IMG/VR virus record: IMGVR_UViG_3300036670_000017
Location: 1 to 51,953 of that record
Strand: one strand, 5' to 3'
Length of the DNA: 51,953 bases
DNA from: a virus
Lineage: Duplodnaviria > Caudoviricetes
The position numbers were made by a program, and so were the translations under genes. Below the pieces are notes generated by a model. It was not told the DNA's origin, searched no databases, and saw only the letters and a list, made by a program, of their open reading frames with translations. Each line of letters opens with the position of its first letter. Position 1 is the stretch's first letter. Shown here piece by piece: positions 46,065-51,953 of the stretch.

Positions 46065-47860
46065 TCTCCCTTTGGCATTGACGTGTACTTGCGGAGCAAG
46101 CTGTCGAAGAAGTCTCGGCCCTTAGCACGAACCACATGCTCGGGGATAACGTACTCACCGTTTGCAACTTTAACAGGTGCAGCGGTGCTTGTGTTAAGCG
46201 TCCCGATGGAATCTGATCGACCGGTGCCGGGGCCACGCAAGTATCCGCCGTTCGCCATACCAACCGGATTCTCCATCTGCGCTTGGGCCATCAAGGGTAT
46301 TTGACCCGGCTGGGTATCACCCATCTGGCCTTGGCCCTGACCTTGCATCTGTTGTAGGCCGCGAGCGATTACGATAATATTCAATATTACAGAGGGGTCA
46401 AAGCTGGCTGGCAGGGGCGTCATGCCCTGCGCAGCGACGAACTGGCGCAGCTGGGGGTACAACGAGGGGTTGTAGATGGCCGCCTCGGCAACTCGACCCA
46501 TGGTTACGACTTCGTCTGGCGTTAGCTCTCCAGACTGCATGAGCTGCACTGGACGGGTTAGCAAGCGCTGCAACGTCTGCGGGTCACGCATCATCTGGCC
46601 AATTTGCGCCTGCATCATCTGAGCGTTTGGTTGCCCACCCATTGGCATCTGCATGTTGCTCTGGCCCATGACAGGGCCGCCGTCGGCGTAGCGCATTGTT
46701 AAGCCGGGCATGTCTGCACCGATCAAGCCGCCGTCTTTCATACCGCCGGGGGCGTCAGGGCCGAAGCCGCCGCCGTCAGGGCCGCCGCCGCCGCCGTCAG
46801 GGCCGCCGCCGCCGCCGTCAGGGCCGCCGCCGCCAAGCCCCAAGCCGCCAGACGAGGTGAAGCCAAAGCTGTCGCTGGTTTGTGCCGGGGCTGAGATGCC
46901 GCCGCCTGCGTTATCTGGGCCTGTGTTGGCTGAGACAGTGCCGCTATCCGGCGATGAGAAACCCATGCCGCCGCCGTCGGGGCTACTGAGGCCGTAGCCG
47001 CCGCTATTGGCGCCGTACCCCATGTTGCCGTTGGTGTTGTTGGTGTTGACCATCGACTGCGCAACTTCAGGCGTGACGTTTAGGCCAAACCCAAGCGCTT
47101 GCGCACCTGCTTGCGCTGCTGCGGGGTTGGCGGACACGTTGATACCCTGCGTGGCCGCAAACGCGCCTAGTGGGTCAGGGCTGTTGTTTATAGCCATACC
47201 CGCCTGCGCGGTATCGACCATTCCTTGGTTGCCGACTGCTGCAGTGCCTATCGAAGAGTTCATTGCGATATCGCCGAGCGTCGTTGGCGTGTCACCAAAC
47301 AAGCCAGTGCCTAAGCCCAGAGCCGCGTTAGCAATGGCCATGCTAGGGTTCGCCATGCCGATTACGCCGTTAATCGCGGACGCAGGTGACCCACCCGCCA
47401 ACGCTCCACCGGCAACTGCCCCCGCTGGGCCTGCCACCAAGCCTCCGAGAACAGAGCCGAGCGGGCCGTAGTTACCGTTTGCGGCAGCGAGGCCTGTGCC
47501 AGCCAAGTTGCCAGCCTGAGCCATTTGCTGCAGTGCGGTGTTGCCTGTAAGCGCGCCAGCCAGACCGACAGCCTGCGTACCTAGACCCAGCGCCTGCGCC
47601 TCGGCTGCTGACATGCCGATGGGCGACGCGCCCGGCGTGCCGCCGGAACTAATCGGCTGGCTAAAGCCCGACTCGCCACCACTCGGGTTTATGCTAATGC
47701 CCGTGCCCTGTGGCGCTGTCGCATCGACCTTCTTAATGCTCTCTACGCCCGGATTGACCCCGCCTTTAGCGCCTCTACCACCTTTGCGGAAGTAGTCGAC
47801 ACCTGCTGTCAGGCCAACGCCAGAGCCGGGTTGGAGGGCACGGTTAAGTAGTGATGCCAT
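46061..47860 (-). CDS. Gly-rich internal virion protein
   Basis: Glycine-zipper hydrophobic segments; C-terminal GPGTGRSDSI...NGEYVIP..VV motif. Confidence 0.65.
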   Translation of the reverse strand: MASLLNRALQPGSGVGLTAGVDYFRKGGRGAKGGVNPGVESIKKVDATAPQGTGISINPSGGESGFSQPISSGGTPGASPIGMSAAEAQALGLGTQAVGLAGALTGNTALQQMAQAGNLAGTGLAAANGNYGPLGSVLGGLVAGPAGAVAGGALAGGSPASAINGVIGMANPSMAIANAALGLGTGLFGDTPTTLGDIAMNSSIGTAAVGNQGMVDTAQAGMAINNSPDPLGAFAATQGINVSANPAAAQAGAQALGFGLNVTPEVAQSMVNTNNTNGNMGYGANSGGYGLSSPDGGGMGFSSPDSGTVSANTGPDNAGGGISAPAQTSDSFGFTSSGGLGLGGGGPDGGGGGPDGGGGGPDGGGFGPDAPGGMKDGGLIGADMPGLTMRYADGGPVMGQSNMQMPMGGQPNAQMMQAQIGQMMRDPQTLQRLLTRPVQLMQSGELTPDEVVTMGRVAEAAIYNPSLYPQLRQFVAAQGMTPLPASFDPSVILNIIVIARGLQQMQGQGQGQMGDTQPGQIPLMAQAQMENPVGMANGGYLRGPGTGRSDSIGTLNTSTAAPVKVANGEYVIPEHVVRAKGRDFFDSLLRKYTSMPKGE

Positions 47861-47862
47861 GA

Positions 47863-48198
47863 TTACGCCTTCATGTTGGTTAGGAGCGCGTTAAGCGCCG
47901 ATTGAATGTTACTTACGTCGATAGCCAACTGCTGCACATCGTTCAACAAGTTAATATAGTCGTCGATTGTCGGCACTTCGACACCAGATATTACGTAGTA
48001 GTTTCCACGCGCAGATATCTGCTTCATGGTTTGCCTGTCGGCAGCCTCTACACCCAGAGAGTCGTTCGTCACGACCCGCCCGGGGCCGCGCTGGCCGAGC
48101 ATAATCTCTACGTTCTCTTTCAGCGCCGACATAACGTCGTATTGCCACTGCTCGATTTTCTCTGGTGGTATCGCGGGTATACCCTGAAATTTAGGCAT
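47863..48198 (-). CDS. Small structural protein downstream of the nozzle
   Basis: IPAIP...ALKENVE.L.G motif; coupled to the upstream gene. Confidence 0.7.
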   Translation of the reverse strand: MPKFQGIPAIPPEKIEQWQYDVMSALKENVEIMLGQRGPGRVVTNDSLGVEAADRQTMKQISARGNYYVISGVEVPTIDDYINLLNDVQQLAIDVSNIQSALNALLTNMKA

Positions 48199-50714
48199 TA
48201 CGCACCTCTCAGTCCGGCCATAGATTCAGCCATGATAATAGCACGCACCCTGACGTTAGTCGAGACACGCACCTCGAAGGTGTCCGCGCGGTACCCACCG
48301 GGCAGGCGAAACGCCGTGGCGTCATTCCGGGAGTTGCTGTATATCAGCTTCTTGTTCACAAAGAACTGAAAAGTTACAGACCCGGTGCTTACACGCAGGT
48401 CGCGCAGGTTGCTGCCCGCGACTTGTAGTTCATTCGCGGTTACCGTGCCTAGCGCGCCCAGCACATCGTTATTCGCGATAATAGCGGCGTTGTACGCCCT
48501 AATGTTCGTGTTCTCGAGTACAAGAGCGGCAGCGTCGTCTTCACTGTTGAAGTCTCCGACAATCTGCGCCGCGCCCAAGTTGAGGGGTGACTTGGTCGTG
48601 AAAACCTTAGACTTCCAGTCCAGAACCGCGTTACCGACCTGCAGGGAGTTCCACAGCCAGACTTGGTCGCCCGCAGCGTAAAAGAACCGATCAGTCTTAG
48701 CGTCGTAGTACGCAGCGGTAAAGCGAATGTCAGACTGCACCAAATGTCCGCCAACTTCCTCGTTGCGCTCGAACAAGAACGTGTTCAGGCCGTCCGAGCC
48801 AAAGTAGCGACCCCGGTAGTACGCTCCGTACAGATTTGTAGGGTCGTAATCTTGCGGCCAAGTCGCCCAACTGTGTACGTTCTTAGTGAGGTAGTCTGTG
48901 CCGATGGTGGTAGAGTAAACCGCCAGACCGCCAGCAGACGCCCAAACCACACCGAAACCGATGTTGATAACGGAGCGCTTTGACACACACGGCAAGATGT
49001 AGTCCGTGCGGGTGATGGACATCGCCGCAGGGTTGTTGCCGTCCAGCTTCCATGGTGTGCGGTCAGTCAGCGCTAGCAACGTGGTGCCGTAAGCACCCAG
49101 CGCCACAATCTTAGAGTCCACCTGTAGGCGGTACTTGATCGGCCAAGCGTGCGGAACACCCGGTTCAGCAAAGCAGATGGTGTTATCAAAAAAGCCGACC
49201 ATCATACTGTTGTGGATTGCCAGCAGCCCCTGCATGCGCTCGTCAGGTTGGTCGTAGTCCAGCGACTCCAAGATGTTGTCTAGCGTGCTCACATCCTGCT
49301 CGTCGACGAAGGACAGCGCCGCGCGGAACTCCAGCGCGCCAGTCAGAGCCTCGGCCTTAAGTGGGTCTTCGACGGATGTGTCCACAAAGCGAAATGTATT
49401 GTTGTCGATCTTCGTGATCTCGAACACCCCGGCGACCAGTCCTGAGTCGTCAGTGGGGCGGATGGCCAGCAGGTCACCGCTAATAAAGCCGTGTGCTGTG
49501 CGCGTAACGGTTACCACGTCGGTAGCTACGAGGCGCTCAAACGTGCCGGACACTGCGTCCACGGTGTAGCTGAGCTCGCCCGCCAGTGCCAAACCTTCGG
49601 TGGGGACGGCCAGCGAGGCGTCGATAAATGTGAAGCTGTCGTCGCTCACGCGAGTAACGGTAAACGTGCCTTCTACGAGGCCGCTCTCGTCTGTAACCGT
49701 GGTGCGGATGACGTACCCAGTCTGCAGATCGTGTGCGGTTTTGGTGACGGTTACCAGCGCGACTCCCGCGAGGCGCGCGTAGTCTGCCGCGATGCTGGGC
49801 ACCATGTCCAGCTCTGCAACGCGGAAGTAGTCAGAACCAGACACACCAGCCACTGTGCGATAGACACGCACCTGCAAGCCGGGCTCTTGGTAGCCTTCGC
49901 CGTGAGTCCACAGGCTCGGAATACTCGAGATCGTAGTGGTCTGGCCTTCTTTTAAGAAGATTGTGGGCGACGGCTCGGAAGGCACGGACTCTTCGCCCCA
50001 AGCGGTTAGATACGTGTATATGTAGCTGCGGGGCTTAGTGATGCCAGATAAGTCGACTTTGCCGTCTGTGTTAGCGGCGCTTACCTCAGCTGGTCCAAAG
50101 TTAAAGTAGCTAAACGATGTATCGTCGATAACAGTGACCTGCACGTTGGAAAGGTTGTACGCGACGTTCGCCCCGGTGAACCCAGTAACAGTGGCGAAGT
50201 CGCCAGTCGTCAGGCCGTGCGGCTCGCTGGTCACCAGTGTCGCGTTGTTGCCGGAGTCGCGCAGGCGTGACACAGTAGTCTTCTGCGTAAACGGGGTAGC
50301 CTCGGCCACGGGCACGACTGTTGGCAGGGGTAAACCCATGCGGTAACTGGCGCTGGGGAACTGGGTTCCGCTGGTCGCCAAGTCAAAGTCGGTAACACGA
50401 GGGTAATCTTGGCCAGTGTAGTAGACTCGCTGCGACTGGTCGCCTTCGACCTGCGCGGTTGCCACGTCGACATCGGTAGTCCAGTGCAACCAGTTCAGCT
50501 CGCCCGTCTCGGGGTCCTCCATCGGGTAGATGGTGCGGATGGTGCCCTCTTTATCCAGCGTAGACGTGCGCTCAGGGCGTCGGTATGGCAGCAGGTCACC
50601 AGACGAGAGGTCAAGGTTAAACGCATACTGCGCTACGGTGTCCGGCAGGAGTTCGCCAGAAATCTTTGGAGCTTCACCAAAGAATCTCTGGATTTTAAGG
50701 GCTACACCGGGCAT
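48198..50714 (-). CDS. Tail tubular protein B / nozzle-like protein with FCCH-like insertions
   Basis: F.GEAP..., YIYTY...GEES.PS, PHAWP, CVSKRS, WKSKVF; three H-G-L/F-x-x-G-D repeats. Confidence 0.75.
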   Translation of the reverse strand: MPGVALKIQRFFGEAPKISGELLPDTVAQYAFNLDLSSGDLLPYRRPERTSTLDKEGTIRTIYPMEDPETGELNWLHWTTDVDVATAQVEGDQSQRVYYTGQDYPRVTDFDLATSGTQFPSASYRMGLPLPTVVPVAEATPFTQKTTVSRLRDSGNNATLVTSEPHGLTTGDFATVTGFTGANVAYNLSNVQVTVIDDTSFSYFNFGPAEVSAANTDGKVDLSGITKPRSYIYTYLTAWGEESVPSEPSPTIFLKEGQTTTISSIPSLWTHGEGYQEPGLQVRVYRTVAGVSGSDYFRVAELDMVPSIAADYARLAGVALVTVTKTAHDLQTGYVIRTTVTDESGLVEGTFTVTRVSDDSFTFIDASLAVPTEGLALAGELSYTVDAVSGTFERLVATDVVTVTRTAHGFISGDLLAIRPTDDSGLVAGVFEITKIDNNTFRFVDTSVEDPLKAEALTGALEFRAALSFVDEQDVSTLDNILESLDYDQPDERMQGLLAIHNSMMVGFFDNTICFAEPGVPHAWPIKYRLQVDSKIVALGAYGTTLLALTDRTPWKLDGNNPAAMSITRTDYILPCVSKRSVINIGFGVVWASAGGLAVYSTTIGTDYLTKNVHSWATWPQDYDPTNLYGAYYRGRYFGSDGLNTFLFERNEEVGGHLVQSDIRFTAAYYDAKTDRFFYAAGDQVWLWNSLQVGNAVLDWKSKVFTTKSPLNLGAAQIVGDFNSEDDAAALVLENTNIRAYNAAIIANNDVLGALGTVTANELQVAGSNLRDLRVSTGSVTFQFFVNKKLIYSNSRNDATAFRLPGGYRADTFEVRVSTNVRVRAIIMAESMAGLRGA

Positions 50715-50725
50715 GGTTTACCTAA

Positions 50726-50911
50726 CTAGGAAGGGTCTCGCGGCTTGCGTGAGACAATGGACTGAACGGTCTCGGTTTCCCAGATGCGAATAAGCGTCCA
50801 CACAATGGTAAAACAGGCGGCCACGGCGGGTAAGAAATCCACAAGTGTTCCTAACACAGTAAAAACAGACGCGAAATCCACCACGGTTTTGGTTGAGTCG
50901 GATATGTTCAT
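50726..50911 (-). CDS. Small membrane protein (holin/antiholin-like)
   Basis: Hydrophobic 61 aa, LP..AA..TIVW..IRIWET.TV. Confidence 0.65.
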   Translation of the reverse strand: MNISDSTKTVVDFASVFTVLGTLVDFLPAVAACFTIVWTLIRIWETETVQSIVSRKPRDPS

Positions 50912-50912
50912 G

Positions 50913-51167
50913 TTAGCAATTCCAAGCCTTAAGGCTCTTGTTTATACGACTGTTCGGGTCTTTCGCGGTCTTCTCGCTAGTGAGCTTCTTCTTCATGCCT
51001 TCCATGCGAGCGCAGAACGAGTCTTTACGCTTGCCGCCCTCTGGCTGGGGAGCCTTGAGGCCGGGCTTGCCGGGGTTGGCTTTGTTGTAAGAAGCACGGC
51101 CTTTAGCGTTCAAGCCGCCAGCCTCACTTTTACCCTCTTTACGCTGCCATGCAGCAGTCTTAGCCAC
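50913..51167 (-). CDS. DUF6321-like basic protein
   Basis: AWQRKEGK...GGLNAKGRASY...RKDSFCARM...SL..WNC. Confidence 0.8.
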   Translation of the reverse strand: MAKTAAWQRKEGKSEAGGLNAKGRASYNKANPGKPGLKAPQPEGGKRKDSFCARMEGMKKKLTSEKTAKDPNSRINKSLKAWNC

Positions 51168-51410
51168 TTACTTACCTACTTTGTACGGCGTACACTTGAC
51201 TGTGCGTGCAGGAGCACCCACCATGCCGCCGTGCTTGTACGTGGTGACAGCTGCGTCGTAGGCCGCTGCGGTCTTCTTACGAGTTTCGGACTCATCCTTC
51301 TGGGCCTGCATTTTTTTGCGGTCGGCAGAAGAGACGTACAAGTCGCCATCAGCTTCAGGATTGCGGGACTTGTAGGCACCCATGGTGCCGGGTTTGGTAG
51401 ACGAAGGCAT
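51168..51410 (-). CDS. Small basic hypothetical protein
   Basis: AGGAG RBS; YKHGGMV motif. Confidence 0.7.
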   Translation of the reverse strand: MPSSTKPGTMGAYKSRNPEADGDLYVSSADRKKMQAQKDESETRKKTAAAYDAAVTTYKHGGMVGAPARTVKCTPYKVGK

Positions 51411-51468
51411 ATACGCTCCTAAGATGGTGTCTGATTGTAATCTATAGGCCCCAAAGGGCGCAACGCTT

Positions 51469-51933
51469 TTATGCCACTAGGCCGCTCAAGTAAACCGTCT
51501 TGCCGTTCTGTTTTGTGGCGGTAAGCGCCTGCTTCTTGTTATCCGCAGGGTTGTAGCTTACGTGCACCCAACCTGAATCTGGGACGCCGGGAGTGTAGAA
51601 CTCAAGAATGACTTGGCGGAAGTTCAGGTTATCTACGAGCCACTGTGCCAGCTCAGCGTTAGCCACCCCGGGAATCTCGATGTCCGCAGCCATACCCTTA
51701 CAGTGATCTGACGTTTTAGAGCCGCCCACTTTAGTGTTTACCTCAACACTGCGAAAGCCGGAGTTGACTTTAACGGGCATGCCGAAGCGCTCACGCACAG
51801 GCTGTAACACGCATTCACACAGGATGGTCAGGTTCTCTAGCTGGTCGGCATCGGGGGTATTGTCGATGTCATGGCGTAGGGCGGTTTCGCTTTTGGTCAT
51901 CTCCGCAAGGGAGAAGTTGGCGGTTAGTTTCAT
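51469..51933 (-). CDS. Endolysin, peptidase M15 family
   Basis: LTANFSLAEM, NSGFRS..VN..VGG...SDH..G.AADI, WVHVSY. Confidence 0.92.
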   Translation of the reverse strand: MKLTANFSLAEMTKSETALRHDIDNTPDADQLENLTILCECVLQPVRERFGMPVKVNSGFRSVEVNTKVGGSKTSDHCKGMAADIEIPGVANAELAQWLVDNLNFRQVILEFYTPGVPDSGWVHVSYNPADNKKQALTATKQNGKTVYLSGLVA

Positions 51934-51953
51934 ATAAACTCTTCTTTAGGTAT
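51862..51953. repeat. Terminal direct repeat, right copy
   Basis: Identical to 1-92. Confidence 0.95.

Noticed and set aside
46061-46260. Tape measure protein, suggested by the GPGTGRSDSI motif
   Set aside because: The motif is only a short C-terminal module; there are no tail tube or chaperone genes and the context is a podovirus ejection cluster.

Overview
The window is an apparently complete, circularly permuted genome (51,861 bp unique, plus a 92-bp end overlap) of a tailed dsDNA phage. The podovirus-type layout has ejection proteins and a nozzle but no tape-measure, sheath or tube gene. The host is probably a Gram-negative aquatic bacterium (inference only). There are two divergent arms. 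The minus-strand late arm runs from terS (~15.4 kb) through terL, portal, scaffold, capsid, adaptors, tail fibre and two RCC1-repeat proteins. It crosses the window junction through the lysis genes, then continues through nozzle, ejection proteins, SLT lysin, a 2045-aa protein and an HNH gene to 36.4 kb. The plus-strand early/replication arm (15.8-36.4 kb) carries many small ORFs, a DUF3150-like + MoxR-type AAA + metallopeptidase-VWA module, MazG-like NTP-PPase, PolA (Leu762 type), Cas4-like nuclease, VRR-NUC, SNF2 helicase, SSB-like protein and an AEP primase-DUF927 helicase. I recognised no integrase, repressor, tRNA or CRISPR array. The most striking unexplained structure is a 16-bp palindrome, TAATCCC-RY-GGGATTA, present 11 times and only between 15.67 and 25.87 kb. 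It sits at gene junctions and its TAA is the stop codon of six genes. It is accompanied by an ACTYGTTYACT leader motif, 13-bp repeats with a 26-bp period, promoter-proximal stem-loops and a 34-bp direct repeat bracketing one gene. Together these suggest an undescribed cassette/operator system organising the early region. All family assignments are from motif recognition by eye; no searches were run.
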